A stretch of DNA of 37,009 bases from a virus. Lineage: Duplodnaviria; Caudoviricetes. Below are positions 24,076 through 33,378 of the stretch, in pieces. The stretch is from positions 1-37,009 of the IMG/VR virus record IMGVR_UViG_3300031965_000089; one strand, 5' to 3'. Numbering within the stretch: the stretch's first letter is position 1; each line of letters starts with the position of its first letter. The position numbers and the translations under genes are program-made. Under the pieces are notes generated by a model, which was not told where the DNA came from, ran no database searches, and saw only the letters and a list, made by a program, of their open reading frames with translations.

Positions 24076-24956
24076 GGCGCCGCCATCCAGGGCGGCATGT
24101 TCTCGTGCGCGGAGCCGGAGCCGGAAGTCTGAGTCGTGATCGTATCGGTCGTGCGCGGCAGACCGGTGCCGCCCACCTGGCCGGTCCCAGCATGCCGCAC
24201 GACGAGGCTGCCATTGTTGACCGGATGCGAATGCGGCCCGTTCTGCGACGCGGTAAGCGAGACAGTTTCCGCACCACCGGAATCACCGATCGCCCGCGTC
24301 GTCAGCCCGGCGCCGGCGCCGGAACCGACGAGCGTCCGGCCGCCGAAGTTCGGCAGCGTGATGGTCTTGTTGGCCGCCCAGTCGGCGGCGGCGTTGGCCC
24401 CTCGGCCGCCCGAGACCGTGCAAACCGAGTCCGGCCAATTGTCCCACAGCTTGCCGAACAGCGTCTCGTAGCTGGCGGAAGCGCGCGTGGCGCCAGAAGC
24501 GGCGCTGCCCATGGTGTCGCCGTTCAGCGCCAGCCAGCCTGTGGGCGGCGTTCCCATCACCATCGGCGCCATCATGCCGGTCGGCACCGAGGAGACCGCC
24601 GCGATCTCGTCGGCGATTTCCTGCGCGACCAGGTCCTCCAAGGCCTGCGCCGTGAGCACAGCGGCGATCGTCTTGGTCCCGGCCCCCCAATTCACGAGAG
24701 CGCCGCCATTCGACGATCCCTCGACCACATCGCGGGTCACGCGGTTGGGTGCGCCAGCGATGAAGCCGCCCTTGCCATATTCGTACTGCGTGGTCGCGGC
24801 CGGATCGTCGACGGTCAGGTAATAGAACTCGTCCCCGTCTGAGAACTCGGCGGCGACGCCGCGGAACCCGGCCACCGCGCCATTGAGATCGAGTGGCCCT
24901 GTGCCGGTGCTTGTCGTCGTCTCGCGCACACGGTTGCCGAATTTGACCGCCATCAC
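24057..24956 (-). CDS. Tail fibre protein with tail-collar domain
   Basis: NRVRETTTSTGTG N-terminus; PPTGWLALNG, LPNFGGR, GDSGGAETVSLT and HENMPP. Confidence 0.85.
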   Translation of the reverse strand: MMAVKFGNRVRETTTSTGTGPLDLNGAVAGFRGVAAEFSDGDEFYYLTVDDPAATTQYEYGKGGFIAGAPNRVTRDVVEGSSNGGALVNWGAGTKTIAAVLTAQALEDLVAQEIADEIAAVSSVPTGMMAPMVMGTPPTGWLALNGDTMGSAASGATRASASYETLFGKLWDNWPDSVCTVSGGRGANAAADWAANKTITLPNFGGRTLVGSGAGAGLTTRAIGDSGGAETVSLTASQNGPHSHPVNNGSLVVRHAGTGQVGGTGLPRTTDTITTQTSGSGSAHENMPPWMAAPWMVKW

Positions 24957-25738
24957 GCGCTCTCCCGAATGTCCAAGGTCGCGGCATAGACGAAGGGCGC
25001 GTCGTGCCGGATGCGCGCCGGCGCCGCCAGCCGGCCGAGGATGACCTCGCGTCCGGCCGTCGCCGCATCGGGGAAGAGATAGGCGACGAGCTGGGCCCGT
25101 TGCCCGGCGACGCGCACCAGCTCGCGCGCCTGGTCGCGATCGGCGGCGTTCATCGCCTCGAGCGAGAAGGCGACACGGCGCAGGTCGGAACGCTCGTCGA
25201 CGAACTCCGCCCCCGACCGTGGATTGGCCGTGACGCCCGAGAGATCGTCACGGCCTTCCTCCCACTGGAAGGAGAAGTTGCGGGACGGCTGCCAAAGCGG
25301 CCCGGCCCAGGCGCGCCCGAAGTCGACGAACGACGCGGCGAAGGTCGGGACGAAGCGCCAATAGCGGGCGTTCACCGTCGAAGGCGGCCGGTGCACATGG
25401 TAGCCGTAGCCCGCCTGCGTGCCGCTGGCGATCGCCGTCGAGTCATAGGCGGCGCCGGTTCCCGGCGTGCCGCCGTCGGCGTCGAGCAGGTGGCGGATGG
25501 TCTCCGCGGCGCCGATCAGCGGCGTATCGCGGGGCGAGCGCAGCAGCAGAACGTCGATCGCCACGTTGCCGCCGAAATCCACCTGCGCCCAGTCGCCGGA
25601 CGCCGCCGGCCGCCAGCGCAGACCGATCAGCGGATCCTGCAGATTCTCGACCATGAAGTCGCCGGCCTCGGAGGCGGCGCTGAAGGTCGCGGCCGCGGCG
25701 TCGACGTGGTTGACCCAGGAGAGCAAGACCCGCGTCAA
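24953..25738 (-). CDS. Tail tip / distal tail protein
   Basis: TTGA overlap with the upstream gene; W-rich beta-type sequence; position in the tail module. Confidence 0.65.
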   Translation of the reverse strand: MTRVLLSWVNHVDAAAATFSAASEAGDFMVENLQDPLIGLRWRPAASGDWAQVDFGGNVAIDVLLLRSPRDTPLIGAAETIRHLLDADGGTPGTGAAYDSTAIASGTQAGYGYHVHRPPSTVNARYWRFVPTFAASFVDFGRAWAGPLWQPSRNFSFQWEEGRDDLSGVTANPRSGAEFVDERSDLRRVAFSLEAMNAADRDQARELVRVAGQRAQLVAYLFPDAATAGREVILGRLAAPARIRHDAPFVYAATLDIRESA

Positions 25739-27747
25739 GACGCCGGCCCCCACAGGCGCAGGACGATGCGGTCGCGGTCGGCTTCCTCGCGGATGCCGAT
25801 CACCGCGAAGTTGCGGCCGGCGGCAAGCCCGAAGCGCGGCCAGGTCAGTTTCACCACCATGCCGAGCTCGGCGAGGAAGCCGATGCGCTTGACCGTCGCC
25901 CGCAGGATGACGCGCTCCGGGCCGTAGAGATCGATCATCGCCTGGGCCAGCGCCAGCGCATCCTCCGCTTCCTCGAGCTGGGTCAGGAGCTCGCCGTCCT
26001 CGGCGTTGAGGTGGCGCACGCGGACCAGGCCGTCGGCCACCGCCTGCTGGCGCCAGGGCAACGCGAGATACTGGCGGCGCTCGGCATCGACGATCAACGC
26101 CAGATCGGTGCCGGGCTGCAGCGTGTAGATCGGCTGGTAGGAGACCACCTGGCGCCAGCGCGGCGGCGGGTCCGGTTCGGCCGCCACGTCCACGACGTTC
26201 CACAGATCGAGCTCGAGTGCGGGCGTCGCATCCTCGGGCGCCTGCAGCCGGCCGGCGACGAACTTGCCGTCGCGTCGCACGCCCCAGAAGCCCCCGGCGG
26301 AAGCCACCAGCCGGTCGATCACCTGCGCCGTCGTCGGCCGCTCGCCCTCCGAAATGTAGAGGCCCATGGGCCCGGACAGAGAGGCCAGCGCACTCCAGGA
26401 CGGGTCATGGATTTCCGTCTCGGGAATGCCGGCATAGGTCAGCAGCCGGATCGCCAGCACGTCGAGCGCCGTCGAGTAGCCGCCCGAGGCGTCGCCCTCG
26501 ACATCCGCCGTGATCCGTCCGGCCGGCGACGAGCCGAGCCGCACCAAGCCGTAGGCGAGCGAGGTGGCGAAATTCCCGTCCGCGACCTCGGCCGCGATCA
26601 GCGACGGATAATCGGGAGTGTCGGCGCCGGCCGTCAGCGCCGCGCCCCGGTCATAGACGGCGACCACCGCCTGCATCGGCCCGTCATGCACCTGGTAGAC
26701 CAGCTTGACCGGGTCGATCAGCAGGGCCAGAACCTCGCGCGCGAATCCCAGCGTCTTCGGCCGCGGCTTGTCCTTGAGCTCGGCCGTCCCGTTGACGCCG
26801 CCGGTCCCGGTATAGACGCCGCCCTGCACCGGCAGCTCGAGGCCGTAGGATTTGTCGCGCAGGCCGAGCCGCACCACCGTATCGCCCGGCTCCCATTCGG
26901 TGCCGACGACGTTGGCCACGGCGACGAACTCGCTGTAGGCGCCCATGTACGGGCCGACCAGGACGCGCACGTCGCGGCCGTCGATCGCCTGCGCCGCCAC
27001 CAGCGCGTCGAGCGCCGCGTCGCCGGCGAGCAGCTCGATCAGGCCGAACTGCCGCTGCACGCGGCGCGGCTCCTCCGGGTAGAGCGGCAGCAGGCGCTCG
27101 AAGACCAATGGCGAAGGCGAGCGGCCGGGATAGAAGACGTTGGGCTTGAGCGAGTCATCGGGCGCGCCGGCCCAGTCGCGATCCGCATAGAGCAGGGCCG
27201 GGCCCGGCTGGTCGCCGATGTTGCCCCGCTCGTTGGTCGCGAGCGGGATTTCCGCCAGGCCGGCGATGCCCTGGCCCTGGATGGCGCCGGCCGACAGGAA
27301 GGCGGCGATCTCGATCAGGTATTGGATGGCGTCGCGGCCGAGCGCCAGGCCGGTCAAGGGCGAGGTCACCGCCACCTGATCGAGCATCACCAGGATGCCG
27401 GACTGCGTGATGCGCGCGCCCGGGGACGGCGCCAGCGCCACCAGGATGCCGGCCTGCGTGATGCGCGCGCCCGCCGCCGTGCCACCGACCAGGGCCAGCA
27501 CCCCGCCCTGCGTCAGTTGCGCCGCCTCGGCCAAGGGCGACTGATCTTCGAGCACGAGGATGCCGGCCTGCGTCAGCTGGGCGCCGACCGCGCGGCCGCC
27601 CTCCAGCATCAGGACCCCGGCCTGGGTGACTCGCGCCGCCGGCGCCCCGCCGTCGAGCGTCAGGACCCCGGCCTGGGTGACGCGCGCCGCCGGCGTCCCG
27701 CCGTCGAGCGTCAGGACTCCGGCCTGGGTGACGCGCGCGTCGGTCAT
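25735..27747 (-). CDS. Minor tail / hub protein with N-terminal repeats
   Basis: YTGTGGVNG...KPRPKTLG...YQVHDG...VYDRG; N-terminal ARVTQAGVL repeats. Confidence 0.75.
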   Translation of the reverse strand: MTDARVTQAGVLTLDGGTPAARVTQAGVLTLDGGAPAARVTQAGVLMLEGGRAVGAQLTQAGILVLEDQSPLAEAAQLTQGGVLALVGGTAAGARITQAGILVALAPSPGARITQSGILVMLDQVAVTSPLTGLALGRDAIQYLIEIAAFLSAGAIQGQGIAGLAEIPLATNERGNIGDQPGPALLYADRDWAGAPDDSLKPNVFYPGRSPSPLVFERLLPLYPEEPRRVQRQFGLIELLAGDAALDALVAAQAIDGRDVRVLVGPYMGAYSEFVAVANVVGTEWEPGDTVVRLGLRDKSYGLELPVQGGVYTGTGGVNGTAELKDKPRPKTLGFAREVLALLIDPVKLVYQVHDGPMQAVVAVYDRGAALTAGADTPDYPSLIAAEVADGNFATSLAYGLVRLGSSPAGRITADVEGDASGGYSTALDVLAIRLLTYAGIPETEIHDPSWSALASLSGPMGLYISEGERPTTAQVIDRLVASAGGFWGVRRDGKFVAGRLQAPEDATPALELDLWNVVDVAAEPDPPPRWRQVVSYQPIYTLQPGTDLALIVDAERRQYLALPWRQQAVADGLVRVRHLNAEDGELLTQLEEAEDALALAQAMIDLYGPERVILRATVKRIGFLAELGMVVKLTWPRFGLAAGRNFAVIGIREEADRDRIVLRLWGPAS
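27385..27740 (-). repeat. About 7 tandem peptide repeats, A(R/Q)(V/I/L)TQ(A/S/G)G(V/I)L, with a unit of roughly 51 bp
   Basis: Visible in the protein, and in the DNA as ccggcctg(g/c)gt(g/c)a repeats. Confidence 0.85.
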
Positions 27748-28802
27748 GCGGTGCGTTCGATGCGCTTGAGCGCCGCGTTGAAGCCGGCGGCCGCCCAGGC
27801 CGCCGACGTCGCCGGGTCGAGCTCGGAGATGTCCTTGTAATAGGCGTAGCCGGTGGTGATCGCGCGGTCGGCGCCGGCCCCGACCGAAGCGCCCGACAGG
27901 ATCGACATCTGCACATTCGCGGCGCCGGCGTCGGTCTTCTTCATGCGGGCGAACAGCATGATGGCGGCGATGCCGCTAGCGCCGCCGGCCAGATCGGCGA
28001 TCGAGAATTCCGAGATGTCGTTGAGGTTGGCGGCGCTGATGTAGGTGGTGTCGTCGTCCGGCGCCGCCTCCTTGATCATGTCGAAATCGTTCGAGCCGCC
28101 CGAGCGCACCCAGTCGGTTGCCGCCGTGTCGCCGTCGAGCGCCTGGAACAGCACCCGCTTGTCGCCGATGAAGTCGTTGTTCTGCGCCCCCTGGTCGTCC
28201 CAGGTGAACCAGTCGTCGAAGTCGCAGTTGCCGGCGCCGGAACCGCCGCCGCCGCCGCGCGTTCCATGGAACAACTGGCTGGTCTCGGTGTTGGCCGTCG
28301 CCTTCGTGTCCTGCGCCGTGAGGTTAAGCGCGCTGACCCCATTCACCTTGCAGGCGGCGACGCCCACCGTGTCGCTGATGGTGACCTTGAACTCAACATG
28401 CTGGTAGCTGCCGCCAACGAACACCTGGCCGGATTCGCCGAGCAGGGTGACAAAATCCCCGCGATAGGCCTTGATCGTGCCGGTCGTCCCGAGGAGGAAC
28501 TGCACCTGCGCGGCGTTCGCCGCGTCACGGAATTCGGCGAGGACATGCTGGCTGCCGCTCGTCGGCAGCGTCGGCACGAAATGGCCGAAGCCGACGCCGG
28601 CGGTGACCAGGGCGGCCCCGAGCGGATGGCGCGCGGTCGCGGTGCTCGACCCGTTCATGTTGATGCGCAGCGCGTGCGTTCCGTTGCGCGGGTTCGCGGT
28701 GGCAATGGAGACGCTGCTCTCGAGCTGACTCCACCAGCCTTCGAGCGCGCGCGCCGTGAGCCCGCCATAGTGGTCGAAGCCGTCCATCGTCCGGATGCTC
28801 AT
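27744..28802 (-). CDS. Virion structural protein, ConA/LamG-like beta-sandwich
   Basis: MDGFDHY, YQHVEFKV, FDDWF and DFIGD; Gly/Thr/Ala-rich; in the tail module. Confidence 0.7.
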   Translation of the reverse strand: MSIRTMDGFDHYGGLTARALEGWWSQLESSVSIATANPRNGTHALRINMNGSSTATARHPLGAALVTAGVGFGHFVPTLPTSGSQHVLAEFRDAANAAQVQFLLGTTGTIKAYRGDFVTLLGESGQVFVGGSYQHVEFKVTISDTVGVAACKVNGVSALNLTAQDTKATANTETSQLFHGTRGGGGGSGAGNCDFDDWFTWDDQGAQNNDFIGDKRVLFQALDGDTAATDWVRSGGSNDFDMIKEAAPDDDTTYISAANLNDISEFSIADLAGGASGIAAIMLFARMKKTDAGAANVQMSILSGASVGAGADRAITTGYAYYKDISELDPATSAAWAAAGFNAALKRIERTA

Positions 28803-28805
28803 CCG

Positions 28806-29126
28806 TCATCTCCCCGCCACGACATGGAACACTTCGCGTGCGAGCATTCGCCGGAAAGACCGAACGCGCTGGCCGAAACTCCGCTCAACCATTACGGCGA
28901 AATGCACCCGCCACAGGGCGTCTGGCGCCGACGCGACCAGCGCCACGACTAGGCCAAACAGATGGCCGGCGAGCCGCGCATGGGTTACGCCCTGCGCCAG
29001 CGCCTCGACCGTAAGCTTCTCGACTGTCGCCTCATAGACGCGCGCCGCGCCGGCGGCATATTCGGCCGCCGCCCTCGGCGAGTGCGGCGGGTTGGTGGGC
29101 GGCGCCGCGCGAGCCGGATACGGCAT
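28806..29126 (-). CDS. Hypothetical protein
   Basis: TGATG overlap with the tape measure stop; fills the gap to the next gene. Confidence 0.5.
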   Translation of the reverse strand: MPYPARAAPPTNPPHSPRAAAEYAAGAARVYEATVEKLTVEALAQGVTHARLAGHLFGLVVALVASAPDALWRVHFAVMVERSFGQRVRSFRRMLAREVFHVVAGR

Positions 29127-32100
29127 CACGCCGCCAGCTCCCGCCTGAGCAGGACCAGCTCGCGCTCGATCCGCCGGTTCTGATCGCGCAACGCCTGCAG
29201 CTCGCTGACGATCGCCGCGGTGCCGTCGCGCGTCGCCTGGATCTGCCGGTCGATGAAGCTCTCGCTCACGATCTCGGATGCGAGATTCGTCAGGCTCTCG
29301 CGCACGAAGCGCTCGATGTTCGCGAAGTCGACGGTCGAGGCGAAGGTCTCGCGGCCGAGCTGGATCAGCGTGCCGGCGGCCCCGGTCAGCGAGCCGATCA
29401 AGCCGAGGTTGCCGCCGCGCACCGCCGACAGCAGGTCGCCGAACTGCCGCTGCGCCTCGCCCAGCCGATCGAGCGGCGAGAGCGTCGAGGTCGGCGAAAG
29501 CGCCTGCGCGCGCAGGAAGTCGACGATCGAGCCGGCCGCCTGCACGAAGGGCGCCCGCTGCCGCTCGCGCAGCAGATCGAGCTCGTTCTGCCGCGCGGCT
29601 TCGAGGCGCTCGGTCGCCAGGCCCAATTCGCGCGCCCGCCGGATCGCCTCGCGCCACTTGGCGTTGATCGCATCGATCTCCGCCGCCAGGACATCGGCCG
29701 TCTGGCCGGTGGCGATCATCGCCACCTGCAGGTCGGCGAGGATTTCCTGGGGATCATCGCGCAACCGCGTCGAGCGCCGCAGCACCCGCGCCAGCTCATC
29801 GGGCAGACCGCGGAAGACGCCGCCGGCCAGCGCCTCGCGGATGGCGTTGAGCGTCGCCTGCTCGGCGCTCGCGAAGGAGGGCGGGCCGCCCGGCTGCTGC
29901 AGCCCGGCGAAGAAGCGGCCTTGATGGATGCCCGCGACCAGGTTGCGCCCGGACAAGGAGGCGCCCGAAGTCTGCGCGATGCTCCCGAAGAGCTGCGCCA
30001 GCATGTCGGCGAAGCTCCTGGCCGCCGCCAGGTCGCCGCCCTTCTTCGCCTCCTCGAACAGCGTGCGGGCGACGCCGTTCATGAAGTCGAAGCGCACCAC
30101 GGAGAAGTCGCGCGGCCGCTTGCCGCCGCCGAACAGCGAGCCGAGCAGCCCACCGCCGGCGCCGCCGATCAGTCCGCCCAGGAGCGTGCCGACGCCGGGG
30201 AAGATGCTGCCGATCAGCGCCCCGCCGGCCGCGCCCAGGCCGCCGCCGATCGTGCCGCCGAGCTGGTTGCCGCCGGTCAGTTGCGCCAACAGGCCGCCGC
30301 CGAAGGCGCCCAGCGCGCCGGCGCCGAGCAGGCCGCCGAGCGTCAGGGCCGGGAGCTGCGGCCCGAGCGGCCCGACGACCGAGCCAATGAGCGGCGTCTG
30401 CAGGAAGCCGCGGATGCCGCCAGACAGGCGCGCCAGCGCCGAGCCGGCGCCCAACAGATTGCCGGCGCCGCCGAGCAGGCCGCCGCCCGAGAGCTGCTTG
30501 GTCAGCGCCGTCTGCGCCAGGCCGGACAAGCCGAGGCCGCCGGCCACCGCCGAGACGACCGGCACGACGATCGGCCGGATGAGGGCGAGAGTCGCCAGCT
30601 CCGCCAGGAGCCGCGCGAAGGCGTCGCGCACGAAGCCGATGAAGTCCTCGACCAGACTCCGATTGCCGCGGCCGGAGAAGACGTTGAACAGCGCGTCGGA
30701 GAAACCGCGCTGGATTTCCTCGGCCGCCTGCTGGAAGGGACGCGCCTGCTCGCGCGCCAGTTGCTCCGCCTCGCGCAAGGCTTCTTCCGCCGCCTTCTGG
30801 CGCAGCGCCGCCAGATCGCGGTTGAATTGCTGTTCGATCGCCAGCCGCCCGCGCGCCGCCAGCTCCTGGAGCTTCGGCGCGGCGGCCGCCTGCGCCTCGA
30901 GCTGCTTCAAGGACAGGTCACGCTCGAGCTTGAGCTTCGCCTCGCCCTCGAGGCCGGCCAGCGCCGCCGCCCGTTCCGCCGACTCGACTGTCCGCAGCAG
31001 GCTGGAGCGCGCGCGATCGTTCTCCTGCAGGCTGCGCTTCAGCGCCAGCGCGATACGGCCGGCGCGCTCGCGCGCGGCTTCGCGCGCCTGCTCCGCTGCC
31101 GCCTCTTCTGTCGCGCGCCGAGCCGCCTCGGCGGACGCATCGGCTGCGGATTTCTGCGCCGATTCCAGCTCGCGAACATCATGCGCGGCCTCCTCGTAGG
31201 CGATGCCGAGCTTCGCCATGCGCGCCAGCTCTGCATCCAATTGCTCGATCAGTTCGCGGCGGATCGTCGGATCGAGGCCCGCCTGTTCGAGCTGCTGTTG
31301 AATCGACTGGACGCGCGTGCCCTGCCCCGCCAGCGCCGCCGCCGCTTCGGTCAGCCGCTGGCCGGGCGCGGCTCGGGCGATCGCCCCCTCGGCCAATTCC
31401 GCGGCGTTGGCGAGCGCCGTCAGCAGCTCGGTGAGAAAGGAAACGGTGCCGCTGCGGCGCGCCACTTCTTCCAGGAAGTCCCCGACATTCTCTTTCAAGA
31501 GATGGAAGGCGCCGGCCAGCCCGCCGGCTTCGGCCTCGCCGGCGCCGGCCACCTTCTCGCTCAACCGATCGAGAATGAAGGCCTGCGCCTCGGCGACGCG
31601 CCCGGTCTCGGCCAGGGTTTCGATGACCTCGCGCTGCTGGGCGCTGAACGAAATCCCGAAGCGCCGCAAGGTGTCCAGGCCCTTGACCGGGTCCTCGAGC
31701 ACGCGGCCGAGTTGCGTGGCGGAGGTCATGAGACCGCCGAAGCCCAACGCCGCCAGGTCCTGCGAGAGACGCAAGGTGCGCTCGAAGGTGTCGCCGGCGA
31801 TGCTGCGGAAGCTCAAGAGCGCGGCCGCCGCCTCGCGGACTTCGCTCGAGGTCGCCAGCGTCGAGCGCGAAATGCCAGCGGCCAGCTCGGCGATCTGCTC
31901 GCGCGTCTGGCCGGAGGCCTGGCCAGTCGCCTTGAGCACGCCCTCGATCTTGAGGAGCTGCGCTTCCGTCGATGAAGCCGCCCGCGTCCCGGTCGCCAGG
32001 GCCGTGGTCAGCAGCCCGACGCCGGCGCCAGCGATGACGCCGGCCGGACCGATGGCGGCGAGGATGCGGCCGATCGGCCCGGCGCGATTGGCGTAGACGC

Positions 32101-32290
32101 CGAACTCGCGCGAGCCGGCTTGCGTCGCGCGGCCGAGCGCGCTCGCCTCGAAGGCGGCCTGGCGCTGCGCCGCCTCCAGCCGCTTCAGGGCCCGCGCGCC
32201 CTCCGCTCCCATGTTTTGCAGGGCGCGGCTGACCAGATCGGCGTCCTTGACCCGCAGGTGAACGGTGAATGGGAAATCGCGCAGCGCCAT
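29126..32290 (-). CDS. Tape measure protein
   Basis: 1054 aa, Ala/Gly/Leu-rich and helical; QLGRVLEDPVKGLDTLRRFG; follows the tail chaperones. Confidence 0.92.
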   Translation of the reverse strand: MALRDFPFTVHLRVKDADLVSRALQNMGAEGARALKRLEAAQRQAAFEASALGRATQAGSREFGVYANRAGPIGRILAAIGPAGVIAGAGVGLLTTALATGTRAASSTEAQLLKIEGVLKATGQASGQTREQIAELAAGISRSTLATSSEVREAAAALLSFRSIAGDTFERTLRLSQDLAALGFGGLMTSATQLGRVLEDPVKGLDTLRRFGISFSAQQREVIETLAETGRVAEAQAFILDRLSEKVAGAGEAEAGGLAGAFHLLKENVGDFLEEVARRSGTVSFLTELLTALANAAELAEGAIARAAPGQRLTEAAAALAGQGTRVQSIQQQLEQAGLDPTIRRELIEQLDAELARMAKLGIAYEEAAHDVRELESAQKSAADASAEAARRATEEAAAEQAREAARERAGRIALALKRSLQENDRARSSLLRTVESAERAAALAGLEGEAKLKLERDLSLKQLEAQAAAAPKLQELAARGRLAIEQQFNRDLAALRQKAAEEALREAEQLAREQARPFQQAAEEIQRGFSDALFNVFSGRGNRSLVEDFIGFVRDAFARLLAELATLALIRPIVVPVVSAVAGGLGLSGLAQTALTKQLSGGGLLGGAGNLLGAGSALARLSGGIRGFLQTPLIGSVVGPLGPQLPALTLGGLLGAGALGAFGGGLLAQLTGGNQLGGTIGGGLGAAGGALIGSIFPGVGTLLGGLIGGAGGGLLGSLFGGGKRPRDFSVVRFDFMNGVARTLFEEAKKGGDLAAARSFADMLAQLFGSIAQTSGASLSGRNLVAGIHQGRFFAGLQQPGGPPSFASAEQATLNAIREALAGGVFRGLPDELARVLRRSTRLRDDPQEILADLQVAMIATGQTADVLAAEIDAINAKWREAIRRARELGLATERLEAARQNELDLLRERQRAPFVQAAGSIVDFLRAQALSPTSTLSPLDRLGEAQRQFGDLLSAVRGGNLGLIGSLTGAAGTLIQLGRETFASTVDFANIERFVRESLTNLASEIVSESFIDRQIQATRDGTAAIVSELQALRDQNRRIERELVLLRRELAA

Positions 32291-32304
32291 GCTAGGCTCT
32301 CGCC

Positions 32305-32487
32305 ATGGTGCTGCTCTTCGCCATCGCCCTCTGGCTCACGTTCACGGTGTGCGCCAATTTCCTCGCCCAGCGGAAGGGCCGCAGCGACTGGGCTTGGACC
32401 TTCGCCACCTTCCTGTTCCCGCTGTCGATCCTCATTCTCCTGGCCCTGCCGGCAATCAACCGCGACCGTCCCGAGGCTTCGGCCTGA
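32305..32487 (+). CDS. Small membrane protein inserted antisense in the tail operon
   Basis: Two TM segments with AQRKGRS..W; occupies the gap between the chaperone and tape measure genes. Confidence 0.65.
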   Translation: MVLLFAIALWLTFTVCANFLAQRKGRSDWAWTFATFLFPLSILILLALPAINRDRPEASA

Positions 32488-32794
32488 TCCGCGACCAGGC
32501 GCGGTCGAGGATCGCGAAGGCGTCGAGCAGCATCAGCGGCAGTTCCATGAGATCGAGCGGCGACAGCCGGCCGCCCCCGAGCTCGCCGCCGCGCCATTCC
32601 CGCCACAGCCTTAAGACCAGCGCCGTCTCCTCCGTGACCAGGTGACGCGGATGAACCCTGAGCTCGTCGATTCCCACCTCGGGGAACGACCAGAAGGCGC
32701 CGGGCGACGGGCATTCTACGGTCCAGCCGCTGGTTTCGGGGTCGAGGAATTCCCGCCCTCGCTCGGACCAGAGGAGGGCGACGACGAGTTTTTT
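32456..32794 (-). CDS. Tail assembly chaperone GT extension (-1 frameshift product)
   Basis: The -1 frame is open from the slippery site: KKLVVALLWS...LLDAFAILD. Confidence 0.75.
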   Translation of the reverse strand, partial: KKLVVALLWSERGREFLDPETSGWTVECPSPGAFWSFPEVGIDELRVHPRHLVTEETALVLRLWREWRGGELGGGRLSPLDLMELPLMLLDAFAILDRAWSRIRPKPRDGRG

Positions 32795-33378
32795 TCCTCG
32801 TCCTTCGACGGCGAGCGCAACCGCGCGATCTCGACCCATAGGGCGCGCAGATCGTCCTGGATCAGCTCCATGAGCCCGAGCGGCAAGAGTCCCTGCGCGC
32901 GGCGGAACTCGGCCGGGCCGTTCTCCCAGCCGACGACGTGCAGCCGGATCGCCTCGATCGCCTGTATTTCCCCATGGAAGACGTTATCCGCCTCGGCCTG
33001 GGCGAAGGTCGGATCGCGTCGGCGCGCCTCTTCCGCCAGCTCGCCATAGCGCACGATGCTCTCGGCCGCTTCCTTCGCCTCTTCCTCCGTGAGCGGCGGG
33101 GCGTCGGGCCCGCGCGAGGCCATGGCCGAGAGCATCGCCAGATGCTGCTCGACGATCTTGATGAAGTGCGGCGCCTCTTCCGTCGACCAGGCGCGGTCGA
33201 TCGCCGCCTTCAGGCGCCGCCCCATGTCGAATCCGCCATGGCTCACGGCGCCGCGCGCCGCCGTCAGCCGCGCCATTTCCGCCCAGGAATAGGGCGTCGG
33301 CGGCTGCAGCAGGTAGGTGACCGCGGAGCCGGGCGGCCGGAAGGCGACCGGCCGCCGGCCCGAGACGAGCATGCTCAT
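32716..33378 (-). CDS. Tail assembly chaperone G
   Basis: Between major tail and tape measure genes; ends EEKNSSSPSS, typical sequence just after a slip site. Confidence 0.82.
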   Translation of the reverse strand: MSMLVSGRRPVAFRPPGSAVTYLLQPPTPYSWAEMARLTAARGAVSHGGFDMGRRLKAAIDRAWSTEEAPHFIKIVEQHLAMLSAMASRGPDAPPLTEEEAKEAAESIVRYGELAEEARRRDPTFAQAEADNVFHGEIQAIEAIRLHVVGWENGPAEFRRAQGLLPLGLMELIQDDLRALWVEIARLRSPSKDEEKNSSSPSSGPSEGGNSSTPKPAAGP

